Notes: a model not told the origin generated them from the letters alone. DNA of 64,000 bases from Macrostomum lignano (GCA_002269645.1 NIVC01002143.1:60768-124767); one strand, 5' to 3'. Counted from the first letter of the stretch, positions 49,401 through 62,981 are shown. Numbers and translations: made by a program.

Positions 49401-52400
49401 CCCTCTCTGTGTCCCCACCTCCTTACATCTCTTCCGATCTCCCTTCCTGCATCTTTGCCCACATCTCAGATCCTGTGAAATTTATTGCCTGTACTGTCAA
49501 AGCCAGATAAATTTCCACCTCTATCCATCCAGCGGGGTGACCCTGTCGGTGCTTATCGGGCCCATGTTCGGCGTGGGATTCGTGCCGACCTACTATGTGC
49601 AGGCTCACGTGCCGGGCGCCTCCAAGAACGGTGAGAGTCACATGAGCTGCGATGGGTGGGGCTGTTGAGCTGGAGTCACCGATTCGCTCACACTGCTCAC
49701 GTGGTCAGTCTGCACTCACTCTCGATCACACTCTGGTCACACTGATCACACACTGCTCACAATCTGATCACACACTGCTCACAATCTGATCACCCACTGC
49801 TCACAATCTGATCACACACAGGTCATAATTTGATCACACACTGCTCACAATCTGATCACCCACTGCTCACAATCTGATCACACACTGCTAACACTGATCA
49901 CACACTGCTCACAATCTGATCACACACTGCTCACAATCTGATCACCCACTGCTCACAATCTGATCACACACAGGTCATAATTTGATCACACACTGCTCAC
50001 AATCTGATCACCCACTGCTCACAATCTGATCACACACTGCTAACACTGATCACACACTGCTCACAATCTGATCACACACTGCTCACAATCTGATCACCCA
50101 CTGCTCACAATCTGATCACACACTGCTCACAATCTGATCACACACTGCTCACAATCTGATCACCCACTGCTCACAATCTGATCACCCACTGCTCACAATC
50201 TGATCACACACAGGTCATAATTTGATCACACACTGCTCACAATCTGATCACCCACTGCTCACAATCTGATCACACACTGCTAACACTGATCACACACTGC
50301 TCACAATCTGATCACACACTGCTCACAATCTGATCACCCACTGCTCACAATCTGATCACACACTGCTCACACTGATCACACACTGCTCACAATCTGATCA
50401 CACACTGCTCACAATCTGATCACACACTGCTCACAATCTGATCACACACTGCTCACACTGATCACACACTGCTCACAATCTGATCACACACGCTCACACT
50501 GATCACACACTGCTCACAATCTGATCACACACTGCTCACAATCTGATCACACACTGCTCACACTGATCACACACTGCTCACACTGATCACACACTGCTCA
50601 CAATCTGATCACACACTGCTCACAATCTGATCACACACTGCTCACACTGCTCACACACTGCTCACAATCTGATCACACACTGCTCGCAATCTGATCACAC
50701 ACTGCTCACAATCTGATCACCCACTGCTCACAATCTGATCACACACTGCTCACAATCTGATCACACACTGCTCACACTGATCACACACTGCTCACAATCT
50801 GATCACACACTGCTCACACTGATCACACACTGCTCACAATCTGATCACCCACTGCTCACAATCTGATCACACACTGCTCACAATCTGATCACCCACTGCT
50901 CACAATCTGATCACACACTGCTCACAATCTGATCACCCACTGCTCACAATCTGATCACCCACTGCTCACAATCTGATCACACACTGCTCACAATCTGATC
51001 ACACACTGCTCACAATCTGATCACACACTGCTCACAATCTGATCACCCACTGCTCACAATCTGATCACACACTGCTCACCCGCTACCCCAAGGACTCGAC
51101 TATGTATTCGCGCACTTCACCGGCATCTTCTCCGCCTCGTCCGTGTTCCTCATCCTGTACACCGTTGCCACTGGCAACCGTCCGTCGGGCAGTCCGCGCA
51201 TCATCCTGCCAGCCATCGTCTCCGGGATGATGTGGGGCGTCGCCGGGGCCTCCTGGTTCCTGGCCAACCAGGTGCTGTCCGAGTCCATCTCCTACCCCAT
51301 CATATCGTCCGCGCCGGCCATAGTGGCCGCACTCTGGAGCGTCTGCGTCTTCCGCGAAATCCGGGTTCGTAACAGCTGACTATGGCTACCTCACCCTGAC
51401 TATGGCTACCTCACCCTGACTATGGCTACCTCACCCTGACTATGGCTACCTCACCCTGACTATGGCTACCTCACCCTGACTATGGCTACCTCACCTTGAC
51501 TATGGCTACCTCACCCTGACTATGGCTACCTCACCCTGACTATGGCTACCTCACCCTGACTATGGCTACCTCACCCTGACTATGGCTACCTCACCCTGAC
51601 TATGGCTACCTCACCCTGACTATGGCTACCTCACCCTGACTATGGCTACCTCACCCTGACTATGGCTACCTCACCCTGACTATGGCTACCTCACCCTGAC
51701 TATGGCTACCTCACCCTGACTATGGCTACCTCACCCTGACTATGGCTACTTCACCCTATGGCTACCTCACAATACGACTAGCTACTTCGCAGTGCTCCTG
51801 GCTACCCCACTCTACTGCTAGCTACCTCACTCTACCCTCAGCTACTCCACCCTACCTCACTCTACCCTCAGCTACCCCACCCTACCTCTAGCTACCTCAC
51901 TCTGCCCTCAGCTACCCCACCCTACCTCTAGCTACCTCACTCTACCCTCAGCTACCCCACCCTACCTCTAGCTACCTCACTCTACCCTCAGCTATCCCAC
52001 CCTACCTCTAGCCACCTCACTCTACCCTCAGCTATCCCACCCTACCTCTAGCTACCTCACTCTACCCTCAGCTACCCCACCCTACCTCTAGCTACCTCAC
52101 TCTACCCTCGGCTACCCCACCCTACCTCTAGCTACCTCACTCTACCCTCAGCTACCCCACCCTACCTCTAGCTACCTCACTCTACCCTCAGCTACCCCAC
52201 CCTACCTCTAGCTACCTCACTCTACCCTCGGCTACCCCACCCTACCTCTAGCTACCTCACTCTACCCTCGGCTACCCCACCCTACCTCTAGCTACCTCAC
52301 TCTACCCTCAGCTACCCCACCCTACCTCTAGCTACTTCACTCTACTCTCAGCTACCCCACCCTACCTCTAGCTACGAGTACCTATCTCACTCTAGCATAG

Positions 52401-52655
52401 CTATCTCACTCTCCTTTATCTACCTCACTCTACCTAGCTACCTCACTCTACCCTGGCTACCTCACTCTACTCCCAGTACTTCAGCTTACCTCTAGCTACC
52501 TTACTCTACCCCAGAAAACATTACTCCACTCTACCCATTCGAATCAAACGCAAACGATTTGCCAACTGCAGGGCGCCCGAAACCTGGTCATCCTCTGCAT
52601 CGCCATCTGCATGTGCACCGCAGGCAGCATTATGAATGGCCTGTCAAAAACCTGA
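46432..52655 (+). CDS. TMEM144: Transmembrane protein 144 (DMT-superfamily transporter-like); one -1 frameshift at ~47144
   Basis: Exons 46432-46585, 47071-47482, 48601-48806, 49533-49630, 51093-51364, 52572-52655. Hallmark GSNYVPVKKFDTGDG/MLFQ, GGAIWTFGN..VPIIQTIGMGLGILIWG, GLDYVFAHFTGIF, WFLANQVLSESISYPII. Confidence 0.9.
46640..46960. repeat. ~35-bp palindromic minisatellite (cagactgaagcttcatcagatgggagtctg)
   Basis: Tandem units with an internal tgaagcttca palindrome in TMEM144 intron 1. Confidence 0.9.
47485..48430. repeat. (gtt/gat)-based 21-bp minisatellite
   Basis: Starts immediately after the donor at 47483; source of false poly-V/D, poly-L and poly-N ORFs. Confidence 0.97.
48830..49440. 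repeat. ~41-bp C/T-rich minisatellite (ctccctctgctcccctccctacatctctcccgatctccca)
   Basis: Tandem copies in intron 48807-49532. Confidence 0.95.
49720..51080. repeat. 22-bp minisatellite (ctgatcacacactgctcacaat)
   Basis: About 60 units in intron 49631-51092. Confidence 0.97.
51378..52380. repeat. 20-bp (ctatggctacctcaccctga) then 40-bp (gctacctcactctaccctcagctaccccaccctacctcta) minisatellites
   Basis: Two related arrays in intron 51365-52571. Confidence 0.95.
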
Positions 52656-52974
52656 ATAAGAGTAACCAAATGCCTTTCCAGTAAACTGTTAATTTGACTT
52701 CATCCTCTGTTTGCAGAGGCAGGATTTCGCTAAGAAAACGATTAGTCTATTTGTTTAGACCAGTTATTGTTAAAAAGGCACAAGATAAAGAACATTTTTA
52801 TATTTTTGCGAATTCCATTCATACTGTATGAAATACATTAGAAACATTGCAAGCCTCAATGGGGCCAAATATATATTTAAAGACAAAAGGGTCTCCACAG
52901 AACTTTATCAGATTGTAAACAAAATATATGCGATTTGTTTACTTTATTTATGAAGACTGTTGTACAAGTGTGAG

Positions 52975-54540
52975 AGAGAGTAGAGAGGGCAGAGAGGACA
53001 GAGAGACCGGAAACAGATGTAAAGTGTTTGAGGGGAGAGGGAGTGAGGTGGCTGGTGGGGTAAGGGCAGAGAGGACAGAGAGACCGGAAACAGATGTAAA
53101 GTGTGTGAGGGGAGAGGGAGTGAGGTGGCTGGTGGGGTAAGGGCAGAGAGGACAGAGAGACAGGAAACAGATGTAGTGTGAGGGGAGAGGGAGTGAGGTG
53201 GCTGGCGGGGTAAGGGCAGAGAGGACAGAGAGAGCGGAAGCAGATGTACAATATGAGGGGAGCGGGAGTGAGGTGGCTGGCGGGGTAAGGGCAGAGAGGA
53301 CAGAGAAAGTGGGAGCAGATGTACAGTGTGAGGGGAGCTGGTGAGGTGGCTGGCGGGTAAGGGCAGAGAGGACAGAGAAAGTGGGAGCAGATGTACAGTG
53401 TGAGGGGAGCTGGTGAGGTGGCTGGCGGGGTAAGGGCAGAGAGGACAGAGAAAGTGGGAGCAGATGTACAGTGTGAGGGAAGCGGGAGTGAGGTGGCTGG
53501 CGGGTAAGGGCAGAGAGGACAGAGAGAGCGGGAGCAGATGTACAGTGTGAGGGAAGCGGGAGTGAGGTGGCTGGCGGGTAAGGGTAGAGACGACAGAGAG
53601 AGCGGAAGCAGATGTACAGTGTGAGGGGAGCTGGTGAGGTGGCTGGCGGGGTAAGGGCAGAGGACAGAGAGACCGGAAACAGATGTAAAGTGTTTGAGGG
53701 GAGAGGGAGTGAGGTGGCTGGTGGGGTAAGGGCAGAGAGGACAGAGAGACCGGAAACAGATGTAAAGTGTGTGAGGGGAGAGGGAGTGAGGTGGCTGGTG
53801 GGGTAAGGGCAGAGAGGACAGAAAGACAGGAAACAGATGTAGTGTGAGGGGAGAGGGAGTGAGGTGGCTGGCGGGGTAAGGGCAGAGAGGACAGAGAGAG
53901 CGGAAGCAGATGTACAATATGAGGGGAGCGGGAGTGAGGTGGCTGGCGGGGTAAGGGCAGAGAGGACAGAGAAAGTGGGAGCAGATGTACAGTGTGAGGG
54001 GAGCTGGTGAGGTGGCTGGCGGGGTAAGGGCAGAGAGGACAGAGAAAGTGGGAGCAGATGTACAGTGTGAGGGGAGCTGGTGAGGTGGCTGGCGGGGTAA
54101 GGGCAGAGAGGACAGAGAAAGTGGGAGCAGATGTACAGTGTGAGGGAAGCGGGAGTGAGGTGGCTGGCGGGGTAAGGGCAGAGAGGACAGAGAGAGCGGG
54201 AGCAGATGTACAGTGTGAGGGAAGCGGGAGTGAGGTGGCTGGCGGGTAAGGGTAGAGACGACAGAGAGAGCGGAAGCAGATGTACAGTGTGAGGGGAGCT
54301 GGTGAGGTGGCTGGCGGGGTAAGGGCAGAGGACAGAGAGACCGGAAACAGATGTAAAGTGTGTGAGGGGAGAGGGAGTGAGGTGGCTGGTGGGGTAAGGG
54401 CAGAGAGGACAGAGAGACAGGAAACAGATGTAGTGTGAGGGGAGCTGGTGAGGTGGCTGGCGGGGTAAGGGCAGAGAGGACAAAGAGAGCGGGAGCAGAT
54501 GTACAGTGTGAGGGGAGCAGGAGTGAGGTGGCTGGCGGGT
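52975..54540. repeat. ~70-77-bp minisatellite with ~667-bp higher-order repeat
   Basis: The variant monomer order recurs at 53007, 53673 and 54341. Confidence 0.9.
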
Positions 54541-55069
54541 TAAAGGTAGAGGTTGGACATTGGAAATTATCATAAAAAATAATTTCAATTTATTTATCAA
54601 ATGTGAAATCACAGATAGATCTAAAAAATTCTGAAAGAAGACTTTAAGTTGATTTTGAGGAATAACCTTCAAACATACTATACATCATGCACTAAAGTAA
54701 GTGAAATGAGACATTTATTTTGGATTTATAGTACACAGGCTTACAGTAGTATGTATTGCAAAAGAGCTAACGCAATACTGACTATGCACTTGGTACTACG
54801 ATTTTCATTGAGTTCACGCAGAAAGTGAGTGAAATGGCTAAGAAACTATTACCACGATTAAACTAATAATTTTTAAGTCACTAAATTAGGAAAGACCAAC
54901 TGACCACTATATGGACAATGATTTAATCTAAGAAAGTGAAAGCAAGCACAGTAAAAAAGTTTCAACGACAAATTTGCAGGAAAAGGCTATTAAAGCAATT
55001 GAAAATCTATAAATTCTGCTTCAATAAAACTAACATTAGGTTAACTTGTTTTAAATCAAATTAGCGATC

Positions 55070-56112
55070 TAGCAGCCAATCAGCAGTCATCTAGCAGCCA
55101 ATCAGCAGCCAATCAGCAGTCATCTAGCAGCCAATCAGCAGCCATCTAGCAGCCAATCAGCAGCCATCTAGCAGCCAATCAGCAGTCATCTAGTAGCCAA
55201 TCAGCAGCCATCTAGCAGCCAATCAGCATCCATCTAGCAGCCATCGAGCAGCCATCTAGCAGCCAATCAGCAGCCATCTAGCAGCCAATCAGCAGTCATC
55301 TAGCAGCCAATCAGCAGCCATCTAGCAGCCAATCAGCAGTCATCTAGCAGCCAATCAGCAGTCATCTAGCAGCCAATCAGCAGCCAATCAGCAGTCATCT
55401 AGCAGCCAATCAGCAGCCATCTAGCAGCCAATCAGCAGCCATCTAGCAGCCAATCAGCAGTCATCTAGCAGCCAATCAGCAGCCATCTAGCAGCCAATCA
55501 GCAGCCATCTAGCAGCCAATCAGCAGTCATCTAGCAGCCAATCAGCAGCCATCTAGCAGCCAATCAGCATCCATCTAGCAGCCATCGAGCAGCCATCTAG
55601 CAGCCAATCAGCAGCCATCTAGCAGCCAATTAGCTGTCATCTAGCAGCCAATCAGCAGCCATCTAGCAGCCAATCAGCAGTCATCTAGCAGCCAATCAGC
55701 ATCCATCTAGCAGCCATCGAGCAGCTATCTAGCAGCCAATCAGCAGTCATCTAGCAGCCAATCAGCAGCCATCTAGCAGCCAATCAGCAGCCATCTAGCA
55801 GCCAATCAGCAGCCATCTAGCAGCCAATCAGCAGTCATCTAGCAGCCAATCAGCAGCCATCTAGCAGCCAATCAGCAGCCATCTAGCAGCCAATCAGCAG
55901 CCATCTAGCAGCCATCTAGCAGCCAATCAGCAGCCATCTAGCAGCCATCTAGCAGCCAATCAGCAGCCATCTAGCAGCCATCTAGCAGCCAATCAGCAGC
56001 CATCTAGCAGCCATCTAGCAGCCAATCAGCAGCCATCTAGCAGCCATCTAGCAGCCAATCAGCAGCCATCTAGCAGCCAATCAGCAGCTATCTAGCAGCC
56101 ATCTAGCAGCCA
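55070..56112. repeat. 22-bp minisatellite (tctagcagccaatcagcagcca)
   Basis: Tandem copies abutting the PLPP6-like stop codon. Confidence 0.97.
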
Positions 56113-56125
56113 TGTACAGTCAGAG

Positions 56126-57440
56126 TCAGCTTCTCCCAATGGCAGCAGCCAGCAGGCCAGTCAGCCGGGCGCTGAGCTCCAGCCCGGGCAGGTAGGGCCA
56201 CATAAGCAGGGCCTCCAGGCAGCCAATAGCAAAGCCGCAGGCCACGTCCAGAGGAAAGTGCCGCCCAAGCAGCACCCTGGAGGCGGGCACAGCCAGCAGC
56301 CAGAGCAGGGCTGGCAGCCTTAGACAGGCGCTGAAGTGCAGCAGGCAGAGCATCATGCCGCACTTGCTGGCGTGACCAGAGGGAAATGAGTAGTGATCCA
56401 CTGCAACTGTGGCTGTCATGTCCGCCGCGTGGTTCCTGCCTGCCAGGTTCAGTCAAATGGACTTTTTAGAGTATAACCCGACCTAGGAAAGATCCCACTT
56501 TGGTCAGATCCCTATTCTGAACAGATTCCCATGCTTCCCAGATCCCCATTCTTGCCACATTCCCTTTCTGCCCAGATCCCCATTCTTCTCAGAACTCCAT
56601 TTTCCTAGGTCCCCTCTTCCCAGATCCCCATTCTTCCCAGATCCCCATTCTTTCCAGATCCCCATTCTGAACAGATCCCCATTCTTCCCAGATCCTCATT
56701 TGAACAGATCCTCATTCTTCCCAGATCCCCATTCTTCCCAGATCCCCATTTTCCTAGGTCCCCTCTTCCCAGATCCCCATTCTTCCCAGATCCCCATTCT
56801 TTCCAGATCCCCATTCTGAACAGATCCCCATTCTTCCCAGATCCTCATTTGAACAGATCCCCATTCTTCCCAGATCCTCATTTGAACAGATCCTCATTCT
56901 TCCCAGATCCCCATTCTTCCCAGATCCCCATTCTTCCTAGATACTAGATCCCCATTCTGCCTAGATCCCCATTCTTCCCAGATCTCCATTCTTCCCAGAT
57001 CCCCATTCTTCCCAGATCCCCATTCTTCCCAAATCCTCATTCTTCCCAGATCCCCATTCTACCCAGATACTAGATCCCCATTCTGCCCAGATCCCCATTC
57101 TCCCCAGATCCCCATTCTCCCTACGAGAACTCTTTAGCCCGCAGCAATCGATTCTCACCCGGCCTCCCCCGCCGGAACACCGCCTTCAGGCAGCCAATCA
57201 GCAGCAGGTCGAACAGCTGGCCGGCGAACAGGCGCAGACAGAGCAGCCGGGCCTCGGGGCCCCCGGCCTGCAGGGCGAAGAGCACAGCGAGCAGCGGCAG
57301 CAGCAGGGCAGCGTGACCCGACACCTCCAGCAGGAGGGCGACGCGGCGGAGTGGCGCGCGGGGCCGGGCCAGCAGCGACAGGCGCTCCGATAGGCCGCGT
57401 CGAGACTCAGCAGGCGATCCTGCAGTGCAAAACCACTCAT
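56126..57440 (-). CDS. PLPP6: PAP2-family phospholipid phosphatase, PLPP6/PLPP7 (PPAPDC2/3)-like; one -1 frameshift at ~57393
   Basis: Exons 57440-57159 (start uncertain) and 56439-56126. LLEVSGH, C1 KAVFRRGRP, C2 VDHYSFPSGH, C3 SRVLLGRHFPLDV. Confidence 0.85.
56500..57120. repeat. ~17-bp minisatellite (cccagatccccattctt)
   Basis: Fills the PLPP6-like intron. Confidence 0.95.
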
Positions 57441-57444
57441 ATTG

Positions 57445-58060
57445 GTCATTGGTCATTAGATAATTGGTGATTAGGTCATGCATAAAGGTATGAGTCATTA
57501 GGTCATCGGTCACTAGGTCATGTGTCATTAGGACATGTGTCATTAGAGCATAGGCCACTACATCATTTGTCATTAGATAATTGGTGATTAGGTCATGGGT
57601 CATAAAGGTATGGGTCATTAGGTCATCGGTCACTAGGTAATTGGTCATTAGGTCATGGGTCATTAGGTCATGTGTCATTAGAGCATAGGCCACTACATCA
57701 TTTGTCATTAGATAATTGGTGATTAGGTCATGGGTCATAAAGGTATGGGTCATTAGGTCATCGGTCACTAGGTAATTGGTCATTAGGTCATGGGTCATTA
57801 GGTCATGGGTCATTAGGTCATGGGTCATTAGGTCATGGGTCATTAGGTCATGGGTCATTAGGTCATGGGTCATTAGGTCATGGGTCATTAGGTCATGGGT
57901 CATTAGGTCATGTGTCATTAGAGCATAGGCGACTATGTAATTTGTCATTAGATAATTGGTGATTAGGTCATGGGTCATTAGGTCATGGTTCATTAGATAA
58001 TTGGTGATTAGGTCATGGGTCATTAGGTCATGGGGTAATTAGGTCCTGTGATCATGAAGT
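57445..58060. repeat. 15-bp minisatellite (ggtcattaggtcatg)
   Basis: Tandem copies directly upstream of the PLPP6-like exon. Confidence 0.95.
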
Positions 58061-58719
58061 CTTGGGTCATTATGTCATAATCGGATTAGAAGGTGCTGAA
58101 GGCTTTGCATATGAAAGACGAATAAATAAAAGTCTGTTATTCTGTACTCTGGCTAAAGAAATTAGAGCAAATGCGCAATCAGCGAAATTTTATTTTATTT
58201 ATCTAAATTCACACCCAATAGATCATCAATGAACTAAAATTGCTACTCACAGTAGGCACAGCACTGAGTGACACTTGATCAGCCTGTGGACTGGGCACGA
58301 ACGAAAAACAAAATCAAATTGCCAGGGACCGTTGGTTATGCTGAATGGATTAGAGACTCATCACCTACGAGCCTATAAAACAGCGGCATTGTAAAAAAGG
58401 AGTGGGGAAGTTGAGGAATGTGCTCACTAAACCATGCTGAGCGTCTGGGTGCGTGAATGGAAAAAAATATACTGCAACATTGCGAATTTAAATTAGCACC
58501 AAAAATTTAAGTCAATTCTAAAAATTGAAAACAGCTACGCGATTTTGGTTTGCGTAAATATATTCTTGAAGATAAGAATATTGATCCGTTGTGTGTACAA
58601 TAAAGGGATAGAATTTTGCGGGCCACGTACATTCAGGAGAAGGAAATATAGACCAGGCTTGTGTACTCGTACATTTACGCGATATACGAGTAAGAAGGAA
58701 TTCTGTCCGTACATTGAGG

Positions 58720-58930
58720 GATAAAAATTTCGAGGGCACGAATGTACACTCAGGGATAGAAATTGAGGGGCACGAATGTACACTCAGGGATAGAAATTGA
58801 GGGGGCACGAATGTACACTAAGGGATAGAAATTGAGGGGGCACGAATGTACACTCAGGGATAGAAATTGCGGGGGCACGAATGTACACTCAGTGATAGAA
58901 ATTTCGAGGGCCGAATGTACACTCCGGGAC
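58720..58930. repeat. ~34-bp tandem repeat (cacgaatgtacactcagggatagaaattgagggg)
   Basis: About 5 copies, intergenic. Confidence 0.85.
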
Positions 58931-59135
58931 TAAAATGAGGTTGGACTAGCGTACATTCAAATAAAAGAATTTTGTAAATGTTTGATTTAAATAAACAATT
59001 ATCAAGCGAGGCAGCGTATGTTCTAAAACAAAACTTTAATTTAATCAATTAGCTATATCAAAAATATATTTGAAAAATAAAAAACAGGTCCATTTCGACT
59101 AATCAGTGAAATCTTCCAACTCTCCAATATCATTA

Positions 59136-59608
59136 TCAAAGTTGCAATTTATTACCAGCAGATCTAACGTATCCATGGTAACAAGCGAAATCCATCAGGC
59201 TGTCAGCCAGCATGCCGCAGTACTCATCCGACACGGTGCCGCACTGCTTCGATCGAACATAATCCGGATTCTCCAGCTGGATGCAGTCCGCTTTGGTGCT
59301 GCTGTAATGATGTACGGTGTAGGCGCCGGAGTAATAGTTCGCCCCAGGGCCCGGGCTGGGCCTTCGGGCGCTCGGCACAACGGGCACGCTGCGACTCTCC
59401 AGGTAGGCGCCCAGGCTGTGCGGACCGGAGATCAGCTCGCTTGGCGACTGGCCCGACCTGGAGCACAGGCACTTCAGAGTGCACTGCTGGGCCGTGTAGT
59501 GACCGGAGTCCAGCAGGGAGGCCTTGATGCCGTAGCCAAGCTCCAGCCACTGCTCGGGATGGTCCTGGGAGAGAGTGAGACCCACGTTAACGAGACAGAC
59601 AGACAGAC

Positions 59609-59656
<48 letters not shown>

Positions 59657-59682
59657 GGACAGACAGACAGACAGACAGACGG

Positions 59683-59753
<71 letters not shown>

Positions 59754-61448
59754 CACACACAGACAGACACTCACGCTCAGCTCTCACCTGTCCGTGAAAG
59801 TCCAGAAGCAGCGGGTGGCCCCCACCCACTCCCTCATTGTCGTCGGCGCGGCGGCCAGGCGGCTAGCGGCCTCGAGAGCCGCCCGCACGCGGCCGTGATA
59901 GGCTCGGTAGGCGGTCACCGAGGCGGCGGCGCCGGGCTGGCAGGCGCGGGCCTCGCTGCGGTTCATGTTCACCTTGAGCCGGTCCACATTGTTGACAATG
60001 AGGAAGGCCTCCAGGCCGTAGCGATCTGTAAGCAGCTGGTGAACCCGCCTGGTCAGCGGGGCCACCAGATCGTCGTTGCAGGTGACCACCCCGGGCTGCT
60101 GGGGGTCCCGGTCAGGCATGTCCGCCGGCCGGAGGCTGCCATCGTGCGGGCAGGTCAGCACCAGCGGGCAGTTCCCCGGCGCGTAGCTGACGGCCGCCTC
60201 CGCTTCTGCACAGCCGCGGGCCTCCTGCAATCGGGACAGAGGGAGAGCTGTAGGCTCATTGATTCGTAGATAGATGAGCAGGTAGATAAGTGGGCATCCA
60301 GGTAGATAGATGGGCAGGTAGATAGATGAGCAGGTAGATAGATGGGCATGTATTGTAGATAGATATGCAGGTAGATAGATGAGCACGTAGATAGATTTGC
60401 AGGTAGATAGATGGGCAGGTAGATGAATGGGCAAGGTAGATGGATGGGCAGGTAGATAGATGGGCAGGTAGATAGATGAGCAGGTAGACAGATGGGAAGG
60501 TAGATAGATGGGCAGGTGGATGAATGGGCAAGGTAGATGGATGGGCAGGTAGATAGATGGGAAGGTAGATAGATGAGCAGGTAGACAGATGGGCAGGTAG
60601 ATAGATGAGCACGTAGATAGATTTGCAGGTAGATGGATGGGCAGGTAGATAGATGAGCAGGTAGACAGATGGAAAGGTAGATAGATGGGCAGGTAGATGA
60701 ATGGGCAAGGTAGATGGATGGGCAGGTAGATAGATGGGAAGGTAGATAGATGAGCAGGTAGACAGATGGGAAGGTAGATAGATGGGCAGGTAGATGAATA
60801 GGCAAGGTAGATGGATGGGTAGGTAGATAGATGGGCAGGTAGATAGATGAGCAGGTAGACAGATGGGAAGGTAGATAGATGGGCAGGTAGATGAATGGGC
60901 AAGGTAGATGGATGGGCAGGTAGATAGAGAGGCAGGGTAGATACATTGGAAGGCAGATAGATGCGTAGGGTAGATAGATAGGCAGACAGATAGATGGGCA
61001 GGTAGACAGATGGGAAGGTAGATAGATGGGCAGGTAGATGAATGGGCAAGTAGATGGATGGGCAGGTAGATAGATGGGAAGGTAGATAGATGAGCAGGTA
61101 GACAGAAGGGAAGGTAGATACATGTAGATGGGCAGGTAGATGAATGGGCAAGGTAGATGGATGGGCAGGTAGATAGATGGGCAGGTAGACAGATGGGAAG
61201 GTAGATAGATGGGCAGGTAGATAGAGAGGCAGGGTAGATACATTGGAAGGCAGATAGATGCGTAGGGTAGATAGATAGGCAGACAGATAGATGGGCAGGT
61301 AGATATATAAGCAGGCAGATGGAAGGATTTGGACGGTGGTAGAAGCATAGACTGTTCCTGCTAGTGAACTGCGCCGAGCCGGGACAGGCAATGAAAAGCA
61401 GGCCAACAATGCAACAATTATTAAACAGTCGTTAAAAATAAAAGACAT
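59136..61448 (-). CDS. N-formylglutamate amidohydrolase (FGase)-like zinc hydrolase, possibly secreted; one -1 frameshift at ~59820
   Basis: Exons 61448-~61353 (signal-peptide-like; weak donor), 60224-59788, 59564-59136. Motifs [46 protein letters not shown] match the FGase fold pattern. Confidence 0.7.
59590..59770. repeat. (CAGA)n microsatellite
   Basis: Fills intron 59787-59565. Confidence 0.97.
60260..61320. repeat. Degenerate gatagatgggcaggta-type minisatellite
   Basis: Fills the first intron of the FGase-like gene; produces the false 555-aa ORF. Confidence 0.95.
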
Positions 61449-61780
61449 CACAATACCTGCTGTACTTTGTCATGAAAATCTGCGCGTATTAGAAAAAAAA
61501 CAGCTGATGTGTCTAACTCAAAACCAAAGGAAGGTCCGGGGTTCGAAGCGCCGCGGGAAAATTGCATGCAAATTGTAAAAATGGAAAAAATATACCCATC
61601 TGTAGTAAAACTGCCAATACAAACGACGAAACGAGACACTGTTAACCTCTGCATAAATTCATAAATTTCTAATATTTTGCGTCAAAGCTTTTAAATAGAG
61701 GGAAAAATTGGGCGAATGGAAGAGAAGAAAATTCAGGTAATAAAATAAAATTTTATACTCGACTTTCGCTCAGTTTGAAT

Positions 61781-62221
61781 CGCAGATATTAAAATAACTG
61801 GATGGGCCACTCAAAACAGCTTTCTACTTTCAGTTCAGTAGCAAATAAGAATATATAAGCTATTTTATAAAATAAAGGCAGCTGAAATGACTGACTGAGA
61901 AGTTTAGAAGCCCAAGCTTGCAGGCGTAAACAACTTGCTAATTGGTTCAGCAATAATGTACATTAGCCAGTCCACTGAAATGTACATTGCAGCTATAGGC
62001 TGGAATTCCGAGAGAGGCAATAAAAATTGGGGCGGGGCGGGGCGGGGGGGGGGTAGTGTGGAAAGGCGCGGTTGGGGGGTTTAAGCTGGGGGTCAGGACC
62101 AATAAATAAGCCTTGGCTTTAAAAATACATTAAAATGCTTCTGTTCAACTTACTACTGAACTGAAAGTAGCTTACACGCAAATGTGCTGAGTGGCCCATC
62201 ATAGTTATTTTAGTATCTATG
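61781..62221 (+). mobile_element. ~450-bp MITE-like element, copy 3
   Basis: TIRs cgcagatattaaaataactggatgggccac / gtggcccatcatagttattttagtatctatg; body colinear with 20228-20682. Confidence 0.85.
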
Positions 62222-62981
62222 GCTTAAATTCGCGCGAAAAAATAAACGACTTTGAATAGCCTCATCAGCAGCTTTACAGATCTGTGAAGCAAATTCAACA
62301 GAAGCAGCAGTTAGAAACCAGCTTCTGTTAATTCTTGGAAAACGAAAAACGCTTTCGTGGAAAATCGGTGCGAAATAGTTCAGCAAAACAAAATTAAATT
62401 TTAAAGGAAAGCCGCAAACTCGGTTAGAATACTTGGTTAATACAGCATAAGGTCCGACAGTGCTATTTAAAAAGGAAAACAGAAAAAATGATAGGCATAA
62501 ATATTTAAATATTTTATAAATAAAAACGGTGAGCGCAGTAAAACAAGACAGCAGTTATAACAAAGTAATAAATGTTTATCATAGAATCTAATATAAACAC
62601 AACCTTCCGTGTAGAAAAAAGGAAAAGTCGGTTAAGTAAAAGTCCGCTAGAAAAAAGTAGAATTGGAAAACCTGTACAAATTAGTATGGACAAATGGTAA
62701 AAAAGCAGGTTGCTTTTATGGCTTGCAAACTTTAACTTCAATACTACTAACAGTAGATGAAAATACACAGAGGTTTGTGCATGAAAAAAAATTAATAATT
62801 CAGTTAAGGCACTTATCACTAATAAACTTTAAGTTCTCTATCTCTTTTACTCTTGATGCAAAATAAATGTAAAACGCTTTCTAAATTGCTTTTAGTAGCG
62901 ATAGTAGTGAAAATGATTTTATAATTTTTTTAATTAAAATTTAGTACTATTGGTCATTGGTTCGAATCGACAGCAGCAGCC

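Noticed and set aside
52877-54672. 574-aa and 346-aa minus-strand ORFs
   Set aside because: They are stop-free frames of a minisatellite, with no domain signal or splice context.
59784-61451. 555-aa ORF as a single-exon protein
   Set aside because: The middle ~1.1 kb is an intronic repeat read in frame; the coding parts are the flanking exons.
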